Shown here piece by piece: positions 11,037 through 22,300 of a DNA stretch of 64,000 nt. The first letter of the stretch is position 1, and every line of letters starts with the position of its first letter. The DNA lies in the NCBI GenBank assembly GCA_963693365.1, contig CAVNZM010000022.1, positions 1 to 64,000 on the forward strand, given 5' to 3'. Origin of the DNA: Amoebidium appalachense (lineage: Eukaryota > Protista > Ichthyosporea). Both the position numbers and the translations under genes were made by a program. The notes under the pieces were generated by a model. That model saw only the letters and a program-made list of their open reading frames with translations. It was not told the origin of the DNA and made no database searches.

Positions 11037-11417
11037 ATGTCCCCCAGTGTATGTGACGTTGATTCGATATTACGCGATGCATCCTTGTTGTGTGCGTTCC
11101 GGAACTTTCTAAGGGCGGAATATGCCGATGAAAATATAAACTTTCTTGACGCGTTGGCACGTTATAGATCCCATCCCTCCAATGCAATGTCCCGTCTTGT
11201 GTACGACTGGTTTGTGGCACTGGATGCCCCATTTTCGATCAATATATCGGGTCGGTCCCGTTCTCTCGCCCCGCATGACCAATTTGTCGGTGCAGAACGC
11301 GAGGTTCGTGCAATGTTATTAGATGACAAGATACCCAGGTTTATTGAGCAGTATGGTTTGAGGCAAGGCTGTGACCATCAAGGCCCTTTTTCATTGCCGG
11401 GAAGTGAATGTTCGTAA
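11037..11417 (+). CDS. Stand-alone RGS (regulator of G-protein signalling) domain protein
   Basis: DSILRD...AFRNFLRAEYADENINF...VYDWFVALDAPFSINIS...F..AEREVRAML.DDKIPRF is the RGS consensus. Confidence 0.88.
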   Translation: MSPSVCDVDSILRDASLLCAFRNFLRAEYADENINFLDALARYRSHPSNAMSRLVYDWFVALDAPFSINISGRSRSLAPHDQFVGAEREVRAMLLDDKIPRFIEQYGLRQGCDHQGPFSLPGSECS

Positions 11418-12203
11418 CAAGACCCCTGCCAATGTGGCGAGAACCAGGCTGTGGGTAACGAACAATGCAAATGCCATGCAGCCATGCCAAAATACATCCA
11501 AAACCACCACCGACCAGATGATCTGGTCAACCGCGACCAACGACATGCCAATAAGTGCATCTGCAAAGATACAATACATCACCCCGCGAACGATTCCGGT
11601 CTCTACTATACGCGCCTGCCCGAGCCTGGTCAAGGTATACACGGCGCCAACCAACGCGGTTGCGCTTAGTATGTATTGCAGTGAAAGGTGTGTGTCTGCG
11701 TATGTAGTGTAGCTGCACGCTTCATTGCACGTGCACAACCCCGTAGTCCCCACTGCCATCAATACCCCCATTGGTGCTATGGGGGACCAGGGGCGCGCGG
11801 CAAAGAAATCCAGAACCCCGTTCTCCATATCATGCCGATGGATTGCCCCAACGACTCGAAGCAGCACGGATATATGCGCTCCTATGGACCAGAGCTTGGT
11901 CACCCAATATACTACCCACCAAATGCACATACCCGATGTGGCAGGGTTTGCAGCATACTGTGCCCACTGTAGCATGTGGGCGGCCGTGCATGCCGCAGGG
12001 ACGTGGAACAACATGATGGCGTTAGACGTGGCGTTTAGGAACTGCGCCCCGAACCCCGGCCCGAATTTAATGCGGATGGCAACGTGCAACGCGGTCGCCA
12101 GAGCAACTGCGGTGCTGGCGTGGAGGAGGAGGCATATGTTGAACAGCAGCGATATGCGGGTGAGCGTCTGTTGTGGGAGATGGGTTTCCATGCTCATTGG
12201 CAT
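11391..12203 (-). CDS. Seven-transmembrane, GPCR-like membrane protein
   Basis: About 7 hydrophobic segments; Cys at the top of predicted TM3 (GMCIWW) and Cys in the loop after TM4 (CTCNEAC); Arg at the cytoplasmic end of TM3 (LLRV). Confidence 0.6.
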   Translation of the reverse strand: MPMSMETHLPQQTLTRISLLFNICLLLHASTAVALATALHVAIRIKFGPGFGAQFLNATSNAIMLFHVPAACTAAHMLQWAQYAANPATSGMCIWWVVYWVTKLWSIGAHISVLLRVVGAIHRHDMENGVLDFFAARPWSPIAPMGVLMAVGTTGLCTCNEACSYTTYADTHLSLQYILSATALVGAVYTLTRLGQARIVETGIVRGVMYCIFADALIGMSLVAVDQIIWSVVVLDVFWHGCMAFALFVTHSLVLATLAGVLLRTFTSRQ

Positions 12204-12226
12204 TGTTTAAGTTGTCGTGTATTTCC

Positions 12227-12496
12227 ATGGGAAACGTTATCGGCTATTTATCTGGTGCTCTCGCTCCAACGGTATCACAACCTGACGACCCGCGCCTACC
12301 AGATGACCCCGATTCAATTACCGATCGCATGTTGTATAACTATTACGGAACCCTTCCCCGACGGCACGAATGGCGGCTCTGGTACCAGAAGCCAGACGCA
12401 CCAAATGTTTTGATTGGACTGATTGGACGAAGCCCCGATTGGATGGCGGATTGGGTGTGTGATGACGTCGACCCAGTGACGTCACCGGCTCCTTAG
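12227..12496 (+). CDS. Small protein with possible N-myristoylation start
   Basis: Begins MGNVIG; divergent from the 7TM gene. Confidence 0.4.
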   Translation: MGNVIGYLSGALAPTVSQPDDPRLPDDPDSITDRMLYNYYGTLPRRHEWRLWYQKPDAPNVLIGLIGRSPDWMADWVCDDVDPVTSPAP

Positions 12497-12569
12497 GAGG
12501 ACAAACTTAGGCGGGTATATTTAAACTAAAGTGGTCGCTTGCATTCCAACGGTCACGCCAGTTTTCAAA

Positions 12570-13991
12570 ATGGCGGCTCACGCTGCTTTCGTGGACGCGG
12601 ACGACAGGGCAATTTTTGAAGACACTGAAGATACCAGTCTCAAGTTCCTCCGAGAGGAACAGGGCGGAAACTTCAGCGACGAGGCACAGGTCGCGGGTTA
12701 TCTCCGCCGTTTTGTTGCCAAGGTACGACAGCAGGCACTTTACATCGTCAAGCTGTGGAGTGATGAGGCGGGTTTCCGCCACTCTGTATTGTCTCTGTAG
12801 GAGGTAAAGCATATACTCAGCAACCGCAGATTCATTCTGCCCCCGGTGGCGCCTGGGCGGCCGGCGACGGTGTACAACGGCGAGTCATACCTTCGGAGTG
12901 GCATGGTGCTCGAATATGCCAGCGTTGACTTCCGACCAAATGCCCCGGGCGTCCCGGCCGATGTGTTTAACACGTTCCGCGGTTTTGCCATCGAGTACGA
13001 CCCACTGTTTGTTGTGGATCCAGCGCGCACGGCCCTCTTCCGTGAACACCTTGAGTGTGTCATGTGTAACGACGACCCTCAACTCGCGGACTTTCTCTAT
13101 CAATGGCTGGGGCACCTGTTCCAACGTCCGCACGTCAAGCCCGGGTGTGCTTGTCTCATGACGTCCACGGAGGGGACGGGCAAGAACATGTTTTGGAGTA
13201 TTATTGAGAATATGATCGGGTCGGAGTATGTCGGGTTGGTCGAGAACGAGGATCGGCTCAACGCGCAGTTTAACGAGAACATCGCGTACAAACTCCTCGT
13301 CGTCGCACAGGAGGTTACATACGGAGGTGGCCACAAGACGGCCAACTATCTCAAGACCATGATCACCGACCCTTTCGTCACGTACGAGAAGAAATACGCG
13401 AATCCGGTCAAGGTCAGAAGCTGTGAGCGCTGGGTGATGCTGTCCAACGAAAAGTGGCCCGTGCGCCTCGGAACGAGCGATCGGCGGTACGCGTGCTTCG
13501 ATGTGTCTACGCGACGGCGCGGGCAGTTTGATTACTTTCAACAACTGAAGGCCGAGTATGCTCCTGGAAGCGAAGGCCTCAAGCACCTCTACCATTTTCT
13601 GATGCGCGTGCACGTGCCCGACGACACGATACAGCCGCCGGCCACGCAGCTCAAGCGCAAGATCCAGGAGCTCGCGCTCGACGACGAGATCCTCTTCCTC
13701 AAGGATTGTGTTGACCACGTGAACGGGATGGAGGATTGCGGCGTCCTGGACGGGAGTTACGTGACGGCCAGCACCATGTTAGAGGAGCTGCGAACGTGGA
13801 TGCGCGTCAACGGGAAGGACGAGCGCAAGGCCAGTATCCGCAACCTGGGCCGCGCGCTGCACCAGGTGCTTGGCAACACCGTCAACGTGCGCAACCATCA
13901 GCTGGCGCGCCTGACGGGCATGCCGCCGCTGGATCCCGCGCTTTCCTCTCACGCCTACGTGGTGTCGTTCAACGCTGTGCGGGCCTATTGA
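12570..13991 (+). pseudogene. D5-like SF3 helicase (DUF5906-type) copy 1 with in-frame TAG at 12798-12800
   Basis: Walker A STEGTGKN, FNENIAYKLLVVAQEV, SDRRY; the upstream ORF is in the same frame and aligns with the N-terminus of copy 2 (AIFED...YL...YI.K.WSDE). Confidence 0.85.
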
Positions 13992-15209
13992 ATTGTAGCG
14001 CGATTGTACGAACTTGCACGAAGCTTTTCGCGGCCGACTCGAAGTCTCTGGCCTTGTCCCTGTTCGAGTACTCAGCGCGGCGGAGGGTGCGGGCTGGCCC
14101 GCGGAGGACCGATTCACGCGACGCGGCGAGGTCGTCGTTGACGGCGTTCTCTGTGCGGGCTCTCCTGAAGTCCATGAACACTTTGACGGCTTCGCCTTTG
14201 GACTCGAGGGGGGGGCGTTCGAGCTCCCTGCCGTCGGCGAGGCTCTCCAGCAGGGGCCTGATGCCGGCGTTGTGGGGCTTTTCGGCGAGGGCCAACGCGA
14301 CCTTCTGCGTGTGCGCCATCAGGGCGTCCTTGCTCCATGCCTTGGAGATGCGGCCGTCGCGGACGGCCTTCGCGAGCTCCTTTGCCATCTTCGCGCGCTC
14401 CTGGATCAGCGTGTGGATCGCGTGCTTGTACGCAAAGTTCCGTTCGGTGACGCTGTCGCCGACTGGCTCCTCGTACTCGGGCAGCGGCAGTCCGGGGGCG
14501 ATGATGGCAAGCGAGTTGACCATGTTCCGCTCACCGGCCTCCTCGTTGTCGTCGTCGTCGTCGTCCAGGATTCCAAGGGCAGTCGTATCCACGCCCGGTC
14601 GCCCTGACTCTTCTTTCAGGAACTTCTTGACCTTGTCTGCATGGGCCTTCTCGGCGTCGGCGATGTACCGGTACACTGTCCTGATGCGCTCGGGGTGATC
14701 GGGCTGATGCGGCTCTGGGAGTTGATGTAGGGGTTTAAGCTTGGGGGGCAGGACCGTGCCTCTTTCGTTCTTCCGCGCTGGCCCGCGGGCGACTTCCCTG
14801 AAGAGGTCCTGCCCGCGGGAGTCCGTGACGCCGTCAAGCTTGACGTAGCCCGCCGACACGGTTCTCGAGTACACCTTGCCCATGAGCTCCTGTGCATCTG
14901 GAAGTGCGGCGTTTCCGCCGCCACGTCGGCGTCAGGCCGGGTCTCCACGAACCGCTCCCACCACGTCTCGTGCGTGCGTGCGCGTGGTTCTGTGGGCGGG
15001 TCTTCGAACATGGGATCGCGGATGCGGAAGCGGGTGTGCGAGGACTGCTGGTCCGTGGACACAGACTGCTCGATGGCGTCTTTGGATACCGGGGAGTCGA
15101 CCCGGGGGTCTATTCGAAAACGGGATGGGTCTTCGGCACATGGCCACGCGTCGGCCACGACTTTATTGTGGTTGTATCGGTCTACGACGATATAGCCAGG
15201 CCTGCTCAT
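13969..15209 (-). CDS. Hypothetical protein, probably one gene with a frameshift near 14885
   Basis: MSRPGYIVVD... (from 15209) runs into the MGKVYSRTV... frame at about 14883; both parts are GC3-rich. Confidence 0.55.
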
Positions 15210-15229
15210 GCCACAGGCATGGATAATTC

Positions 15230-16015
15230 TTACATCTGGCACAGGTGGTATGCGAGGACGCCCAAATCGCTGACGATATATTCGAATCTGATGGGTTTGT
15301 TGTTTGCCACGTGTATCCTGACCGTACTGTTGACACAAGCACCCTTGCAGAACGCGGCCAGATATTTCACCATGTACTTGGCCTTCACCTTCTCGTCGTG
15401 CGCCTTGACGAAGACCACGCCAGACGACTTGCATCGTCTGATTTTCAGGGTGTCCTGGCTGCGCTCGGGTATGTCGATGCGACACTTGCCGAGCGCACCT
15501 ACCGCACGCAGCCTCATGCAGCCGTCGGATACGCTGATGCACACGACGTTCGAGACGGACTGGATGTCGCGCAGGTACCTCGCGAGTTCGTGAGCCTGGA
15601 TGTCGAAGACACAGTCGTAGTCGAGCGACGGCGTCACCAACAGTGGCCTCTCCTCCTTTATCAGGGTCATGGTGTAGGTAATTGCACTCGCGTCGTCTGT
15701 CGTCTCCATCTTCACCTTGAGGCCATTGTCCTCCGAGCAGAAGGAAATGCTGTTAAACTTGTGAGCGGCTGCGTTCTTGACGATCTTGTAGAGATTCTGA
15801 ATCTCGAACGTGGCTCGGAACTCCTCCGCGACGTCGAATATCTCAAAGCGGTCCGCGGGGAAGTGCATGTGGACAAATGCCTTCTTCGCGTTGTCCACGG
15901 CCGGAAGGACCAGTCCGTCTTTTGGGCTGAAGACGACGGTGACCTCGCCCAGTATGTCCTTGATGCTGTCGACTGCGCATTTGAACGTGTTCACCTGGAC
16001 GGTCTTGACGAGCAT
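15230..16015 (-). CDS. PCNA: Viral PCNA (DNA sliding clamp)
   Basis: FKCAVDSIKDIL.EV...GL...AVDNAKKAFVHMHF...F..F, NLYKIVK, YMVKYLAAFCKG, PIRFEYIVSDLGVLAYHL; 261 aa. Confidence 0.93.
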   Translation of the reverse strand: MLVKTVQVNTFKCAVDSIKDILGEVTVVFSPKDGLVLPAVDNAKKAFVHMHFPADRFEIFDVAEEFRATFEIQNLYKIVKNAAAHKFNSISFCSEDNGLKVKMETTDDASAITYTMTLIKEERPLLVTPSLDYDCVFDIQAHELARYLRDIQSVSNVVCISVSDGCMRLRAVGALGKCRIDIPERSQDTLKIRRCKSSGVVFVKAHDEKVKAKYMVKYLAAFCKGACVNSTVRIHVANNKPIRFEYIVSDLGVLAYHLCQM

Positions 16016-16097
16016 TGTGTTCTGGCGTGAAATGTGGATTGACGGGGATTTTTATACCTTGGCTTGCCGCGGTCGGGCTTTTTTCTATACACCCCGT

Positions 16098-17094
16098 ATG
16101 AACTCCGGGACGATGGACCGATCACTGATCTACATGGCCCTCCTGGCTGCGGGGGTGTACTACTTCACCAAGCCGACATATGGCGGCTGCGGTTCCTTGG
16201 AGTACGAGGATGATTCGCACCACCACCAGCACACCGAGGACTGGGCGAACGGCCCCTTCGATGAGGATACCGCGCTTGCAGACGTGGACGGGCTGGCCTC
16301 CGAGACCTATGAACCCGAGGATACGGCCCTGGCCTATGGAAACCAGGGCATGGTCGACGACGACGACGACTACGCGCTAGCATACGACGACGACGCGCTC
16401 GCGGCCTTTGGATACGCACGAGCTGGCTACGACGATGACGCGCTCGGCTATGATGACCACTATGCCACCGCAGACTTCTACGACTTCGCCATGGCGGACC
16501 CCGCGCCCGTCCCCGCGCCCGCGCCCGTCCCCGCGCCCGCGCCCGCCCCCGCGGCGGCGCAACAGCAAACCGCGCCGCCGCCTGCCGCGCCCGTGCCCAA
16601 TGCACCCACGGTTGTCAACGCGGGGGGGCAGCAGGTGGTGGTGCCGGGACCAGCGCCGGCGCATAAGGCGCTGCAGCCGACGTCGGTGGTGCCATCGGGC
16701 ACACCCAGCGGGCTAATCGGAGCGGCGACGAGGCCCAGCGTGCATCCCATGCTCACGCACAGCGTGCACACGGTGGGGCCGGACGTCAGCAACAACACAA
16801 TGGACGCCATATCCAAGATCCAGGGCACGGGGTTGTTCCAGGGGAGCGAGATGAAGCCGCGGGCACGCAGTAGCGTGGCCAAACTGTCCGCACAGGAGGT
16901 GTTGGCGGCAACCAGCCGGCCGCGCAACGTGGCGGCCCCCCGCCGTGTACAAGAAGAACGGCAACCTGCAGATCCGACCGGACCCCACGATCCACAGCGC
17001 GGGCATGGACAACCTGCCGGCAATCAGCGGGTTCCGGGACATCAGCAAGCGCGAGGAGTTCTCGGAGTCGCTGGCCGCGACGCTGTTGGGGTAG
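16098..17094 (+). CDS. P11-like minor capsid protein with a frameshift in the C-run at 16936-16941
   Basis: N-terminal TM (LIYMALLAAGVYYF), low-complexity middle; the shifted frame reads AVYKKNGNLQIRPDPTI...LLG*, resembling the NCLDV P11 C-terminal [KR]NxNLxxRxxP motif. Confidence 0.6.
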
Positions 17095-17152
17095 ACACGG
17101 ACACGCACGGAGTGCGCGAACAGTAAACGCTACACAACCACAGTAAACGGCT

Positions 17153-17578
17153 TTATTGGGCGGTGTAATCCAATGAGACCCAGGTACCGCGGAGTCGCTC
17201 GCAGTCTTTCCCCTTGTAGTTTATGCGAGCCGAATCGACAACCGACCAATCAGAGGAGTCCTGGACAATCCCAGGACTCGCTGCAGGACTCCTTTTCTTC
17301 TCGATTTCATTTAAGAGTGCGTGTGTGCCATCTAGCCGAAACCAATCGCTCCACGTCTTCCCGCTGGATTTAGCAATGTAGGTGACATTCACCCAAAGCT
17401 CTCCTCCGTTACGCACTTCCCCATAGGTGAGGACTTTACCCTCGTCGTCGTTTATCGGCGTCACCTCCCCCTCCTCCAGCACCTGCCCGTTGCGCATCAC
17501 CACGCGGGCCCGGGAGGACTGCGGAGCGGGGGATGCAATCGTGTTGTACGCTGGTGGCTGCATTGCGAGAGTGGCCAT
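17153..17578 (-). CDS. KilA-N domain protein (ends right after the GTWV motif; possibly truncated)
   Basis: LWVNVTYIAKSSGKTWSDWFRLDGT...LRGTWV. Confidence 0.75.
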   Translation of the reverse strand: MATLAMQPPAYNTIASPAPQSSRARVVMRNGQVLEEGEVTPINDDEGKVLTYGEVRNGGELWVNVTYIAKSSGKTWSDWFRLDGTHALLNEIEKKRSPAASPGIVQDSSDWSVVDSARINYKGKDCERLRGTWVSLDYTAQ

Positions 17579-17720
17579 CAATCTAGGTACAGGTTTTATT
17601 TTGCGGTAGGCCCAGCCTTTATACCCATGGCCTGGAAGCCGGCCTCAAGATCAATGGAGGCCAGCCTCAAGGAATTTGAGGATGGATTCCACCCGGCCCT
17701 TCGATCACAGGGGCAGCTTC

Positions 17721-19151
17721 TTACACCCCCACGACCTTCTCGTGTACGAACGTGTACGCATGCACCCACTCCGTGTCTCCCGCCCCCTCCCCGCCTACGG
17801 CCACATCCTGCCTCGGCCGCTTCGTGCGCCCGCCGAACAGCTTGCCCATGGTGGACCCCAGCTTCCTGACACTTACTGTCGCGGGGTCGCGGCCATTTCG
17901 CGCGGCCCAGGTGCGCATGAGCTCGGCCATGCCCGTGGTGGTGACGTGGGCGCCATCGGCGATGGCCAGGTCCTCGCAGCCGTCTGTTCCATACGCGATG
18001 TCGCGCAGGAACAGCATGACGTCGCCCATGTTTGCCTGTCGCAGTTCCTGCTTCAGCTCGGTCATCGGGGGCGGGGGCAGCACGGGGGGGACGTTGGGCA
18101 GACGCACGAGTGTGTCGTGAATGGCCTGCAGGGCCTTCGGTTGGGCGTGGTGGGCGACGAATGAGCCGAAGTAGGCAGTGTCGCCGATCCTCTCACCGGA
18201 CACCTCCATGCAGGCGTAGCGCCTGTCACTGGCCTCGACCAACACGGGCAACGATTCGTTCGTCAGCAGCACGTAGCGCTCGCACGAGCGAACGGTATGG
18301 GCGTCATGACCCTTCTTCTCGACCAGGTTAGTAGACTCGGTGATGTGCGACTTCATGATGTTGTTGATCTCGCGCGAGTTCCCGAACAGCACCTCGTCGA
18401 CAATGACGAGCAGCTTGTTCTGGAGATGCGCGTTGAAGTGGTTCTGGATCCTGTCCTTGCGGTTCACGTAGACGGTGTGCTCTGCACCGATGACGTCGGT
18501 GAGGACCTGGAAGAACACGTTCTTGCCCGCTCCCTGGCGCGACACGAACAGCAGCGCGCTGCCGGGCTTCGCGGCGGGGAACTGAAACAGATGCCCGAGC
18601 CAGGTCAGCATGTACGCGAACAGCACCTCGTTGCCACCACACAACAGGTCGCGCGCGTGCGCGAGGAATGGCGCGGCCAGAGACTCGCGCTCTTCCGACG
18701 GCATGTCGCTTGGGCGGTGGCGGAAGCCAGGGAACAGGTTGAAGACGTGGTAGGGGCCGGTGGTGTACCTGCGACGTCCGGTCAGGGGATCGGGGTCCGC
18801 GGGGTCGTAGACGACGCGCTCGTACACCAGGATGTCGGGGCCATTGAGGTACTCGCGACCGGTGTACTTTGCCACACGGGCGCCGCGGTCCGAGTGGATG
18901 GTGAACTGAAACTTGCCGAGGGTGTCGACCGCGTCGCGCTTGGACACGATGCGGTGCTCGAACTGTTGGCGTTCGTCGGACCACTGCTTGAGGATGTATG
19001 CCGAGGATCCCTTGATCCAAGCCACCACGCTGCGCAGGTAGTCGACGGCCATACTCTCGGACCAATCGTACTGCGCGCACTCGCGCGGCACGAAGGGCAC
19101 GTCGTGGAGGGGGCCGCGGGTGGGGTCCTCGAAGATCGCGTAGTCGGTCAT
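17721..19151 (-). CDS. D5-like SF3 helicase copy 2 (intact)
   Basis: SRQGAGKN, FNAHLQNKLLVIVDEV, VLLTN, ASDRRY. Confidence 0.9.
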   Translation of the reverse strand: MTDYAIFEDPTRGPLHDVPFVPRECAQYDWSESMAVDYLRSVVAWIKGSSAYILKQWSDERQQFEHRIVSKRDAVDTLGKFQFTIHSDRGARVAKYTGREYLNGPDILVYERVVYDPADPDPLTGRRRYTTGPYHVFNLFPGFRHRPSDMPSEERESLAAPFLAHARDLLCGGNEVLFAYMLTWLGHLFQFPAAKPGSALLFVSRQGAGKNVFFQVLTDVIGAEHTVYVNRKDRIQNHFNAHLQNKLLVIVDEVLFGNSREINNIMKSHITESTNLVEKKGHDAHTVRSCERYVLLTNESLPVLVEASDRRYACMEVSGERIGDTAYFGSFVAHHAQPKALQAIHDTLVRLPNVPPVLPPPPMTELKQELRQANMGDVMLFLRDIAYGTDGCEDLAIADGAHVTTTGMAELMRTWAARNGRDPATVSVRKLGSTMGKLFGGRTKRPRQDVAVGGEGAGDTEWVHAYTFVHEKVVGV

Positions 19152-19340
19152 GTTTAAGAAGGGGGCGAATGAAGATTGGTTCGGGGCACGCGGCTTTTAT
19201 AGGCACGCAATGGCATGGGCAGTTATATTTTGGGGTAAAAATACGTGCAATGGACGACACCATGCTGGCGCTGCTGCTGTATGCGAGCTGCATCCGTGCC
19301 GGAGCAGATGGCGTGCGCTTGTTCTGTGTCATTCTCTATG

Positions 19341-19868
19341 TTACACTCTATTGCTGCGCCTTTCTATCCTGTTGCCTGGAACCAGTTCAAGCATCAGAAT
19401 GTCGCAACCGCCGGCGTGGCGCACTTTAGCGCCACACCTAATCAAGTCGATGCTCACCATGGTGGAGCTCGCGCTTGTCGCCTTGAGGGGCACCGCGCGC
19501 TGCAGGGGTTCGTCGAGTGGGTCCCCGTGTGGGAGCAAGGCCAGATCGATGTCGCAGCGGACCCAGCACAGACGGAACGCGATACCGGGCTGTAGGTCGA
19601 CAAAGATCGTGTCGGACAGACCGGTGGTGTCGGTGTATAAAAAGCGGAAATGGTTCAGACCGTCGCGGTTGGACGCTTCGAGGAACGCAAGCGGGGCAGT
19701 CGTCTCCGCATACACCGTGCCGGCCTTTTCCAGGACGGCCCTGAGTTTGAGCGGCACGAGGTCGACGGCGGCATAACCCTGGCCATTGAAGCGTGCACCG
19801 GAGACAAACCGAGTAAGGCTGGATGTGAAGGCTGCGAGGGCTTCCGTTTCCAAGTGTATTTTTGGCAT
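19341..19868 (-). CDS. Hypothetical protein
   Basis: 175-aa ORF with a TATAAA-like element upstream (about 19909-19915, minus strand). Confidence 0.55.
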   Translation of the reverse strand: MPKIHLETEALAAFTSSLTRFVSGARFNGQGYAAVDLVPLKLRAVLEKAGTVYAETTAPLAFLEASNRDGLNHFRFLYTDTTGLSDTIFVDLQPGIAFRLCWVRCDIDLALLPHGDPLDEPLQRAVPLKATSASSTMVSIDLIRCGAKVRHAGGCDILMLELVPGNRIERRSNRV

Positions 19869-19984
19869 CTGTGCGAGCTGACAGCAGACTGAGAGGCCGC
19901 GATGGCGCTTTTATACAATCCCGGCCCAAGTAATTGGTAGCAGTAGGCAAGGGACCCAAGTGGACCAGGTACCATTACAACCAG

Positions 19985-20452
19985 ATGCCCACGACATTCC
20001 GACACCGAAGACACGCCGCCGACCCGATGCGGCGGCTGTTGTGGATGCTGCAAGGATGGTTGGGCAAGCGTCCCAGAACGCACCACACCGAGCCCACGGC
20101 GACACCCCCGCGCGCGTGCAAGGCGTTGTCGGGGGCACAGACCTGGAGTGACCACGGAAATCCCGGTCGAAGGTCTATGGTGAAGGTTGTGAAACACACA
20201 CACGAAGACTTGCACGAACACGACTGCGCAGCGCGCTGCGTGGATGTTTACATCCGACAAGGTATGAACACGGGAGAAGTCGTGTTTGTGCGCTGCTGTG
20301 GGGACATGTGGACCGCGGGCCTCAGAACCGGAGACTTTATTGACTCGTGTGAAATCAAGCCCGTGCCGGGCTCAAAGCGGCACATACTCGTGCACATGCA
20401 AGTGATCGACGGCCCCTGGCGCACCGACCAGTGCGCGGCCGATTGTCACTAG
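19985..20452 (+). CDS. Hypothetical protein
   Basis: ORF from ATG 19985; beta-strand-like C-terminal half. Confidence 0.5.
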   Translation: MPTTFRHRRHAADPMRRLLWMLQGWLGKRPRTHHTEPTATPPRACKALSGAQTWSDHGNPGRRSMVKVVKHTHEDLHEHDCAARCVDVYIRQGMNTGEVVFVRCCGDMWTAGLRTGDFIDSCEIKPVPGSKRHILVHMQVIDGPWRTDQCAADCH

Positions 20453-20548
20453 TACAAAGCCATAACAAACAACTACAGACAAACCCCAATGCCAAGACAT
20501 ACAAACGACATACAGACTACACATACACACCGAACCCGCAGGGCACGT

Positions 20549-21433
20549 CTACTTGCGGGAACGCGTGCGGGAGGACACGGGTAGGGACGCGCGGCGCGCG
20601 GCCCGGGTGCTTCCGCGACCCTTTGTCCACGCAGGCACGACCGGGCGATGTGGCGTGCGAGGGGTTGAGTGATGGGGCGGCGCCGACATGGCTGCGGGTG
20701 GTTGCGGGGGGGTGAGTGCTGTGGGTGTGGGCGCGGGCTCGGAGGTGGTTGACTCGGCGGGGGCTGGGGGTGGCGTTGCAGGACTCGAGGTGTCCATGGG
20801 GACCGTTGCAGTAAAAACGGAACGGTACATGTCGTAGTTGGAGCGAGAAAGTGTGTAGGTGAAGGTATCGATCTTCTCGGTCGATTGGCATTTCCAGGTG
20901 TTGGCTGTGAGTTCATTGAGCCGCAGCTCGCACCATGAGTTGAAGTTTTTCACGGCCTCCTTTGGGCGAACGAAGTCAATGGTGAGGTGGTCGAGGTGGG
21001 CCAGGAAAGCGGGCGACGGGTTTTCCATGGGGTGCTGATTGGGCGTGGGTGCCGAAAGCACGTGTTGTCGAAGGAGTGACGGTTTGGGGTCCGCGTGTTT
21101 GAATCTGTCGAGCACCAAAAAGCTTTCGGGCTCAACCTCTGTACCCTCGAGCCAATGGAACCATTCACCATAGAATCTGGACGCTGCCGCGGCATTTCTG
21201 CCCTGATCCTCGCCTCCATATGGCGTAGGGTAGTCGACGAGTATTTCAAGACGGCGGAGAGCGCCTGTGACAAGCCTGTTTGCATTCCTCGAGAGGTCCA
21301 CAAGGGCACAAGAAGCCGTTATATCCGAGGAAATTTTCCCTATGTATGCATCGCTAATGACGAGGCGGATGTGGTTTGTTGTAGGAGACAGGCCAAGCCA
21401 GTCCGCATAATACCTGACAGTATGTGCCGCCAT
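20549..21433 (-). CDS. Hypothetical protein with Pro/Thr-rich, basic tail
   Basis: ATG 21433 (MAAHTVRYY), downstream of TATAA and CCAAT elements. Confidence 0.65.
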   Translation of the reverse strand: MAAHTVRYYADWLGLSPTTNHIRLVISDAYIGKISSDITASCALVDLSRNANRLVTGALRRLEILVDYPTPYGGEDQGRNAAAASRFYGEWFHWLEGTEVEPESFLVLDRFKHADPKPSLLRQHVLSAPTPNQHPMENPSPAFLAHLDHLTIDFVRPKEAVKNFNSWCELRLNELTANTWKCQSTEKIDTFTYTLSRSNYDMYRSVFTATVPMDTSSPATPPPAPAESTTSEPAPTPTALTPPQPPAAMSAPPHHSTPRTPHRPVVPAWTKGRGSTRAARRASLPVSSRTRSRK

Positions 21434-21598
21434 GTTGCTGCTGGCGCGGCGAAAGACCAGAAGAAAAGTGGTGGGATGGTTGCAAGTGCGCATCGATTTT
21501 AAGCATTCTTGGGTCGCTTGGATTGGATGATTATAAAAGAAACTGACGTGATTGGCTTTGCATTCGGCGCAGTCTGGAACGGACGCTCCTATTGGTTG

Positions 21599-22300
21599 GT
21601 GAGATATTCGATTGGTTGAAATGTCAATTGACGGCATTTGATTGACCTATACCAGATCCAATTGATTGGCAAGACATTCGATTTGTGAAAATGTCAATCG
21701 ACGGCATTTGATTAGCTAATCTGGGGTTGCGATCGGCATGCAGCGCGTTCGAAAAATCAACGAATTAGGCCCTGGCAGCGGGCTACACTAAGGATATCAA
21801 CCGTTTGTGTTATGTGTATTCGCAAAAGAAAGAAGACCCACGCAGCCAGGGCACGAGCGCGGCGCCGTCGCCGCACGTTTGTGTACGCCGACCAATTCCT
21901 AGAACCGTACTCGCCGGTGATGTGGAGACTTTTCTTAGCGAAGAGATCGTGAGAAATTCGATTGGTTGAAATGTCAATTGACGGCATTTGATTGACCTAT
22001 ACCAGATCCAATTGATTGGCAAGACATTCGATTTGTGAAAATGTCAATCGACGGCATTTGATTAGCTAATCTGGGGTTGCGATCGGCATGCAGCGCGTTC
22101 GAAAAATCAACGAATTAGGCCCTGGCAGCGGGCTACACTCAGGATATCAACCGTTTGTGTTATGTGTATTCGCAAAAGAAAGAAGACCCACGCAGCCAGG
22201 GCACGAGCGCGGCGCCGTCGCCGCATGTTTGTGTACGCCGACCAATTCCTAGAACCGTACTCGCCGGTGATGTGGAGACTTTTCTTAGCGAAGAGATCGT
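21599..22300. repeat. Near-perfect 350-bp tandem duplication of a CCAAT-rich promoter region
   Basis: 21599-21950 matches 21949-22300 with only a few substitutions. Confidence 0.92.

Noticed and set aside
11391-12203. Microbial rhodopsin (LDVFWH resembles LDxxAK)
   Set aside because: There is no Schiff-base Lys in the last helix and no helix-C RYxDW motif.
17676-18164. Plus-strand peptide DLLVYERV resembling the helicase's DILVYERV
   Set aside because: It is the antisense reading of the helicase C-terminus; a short coincidental match.
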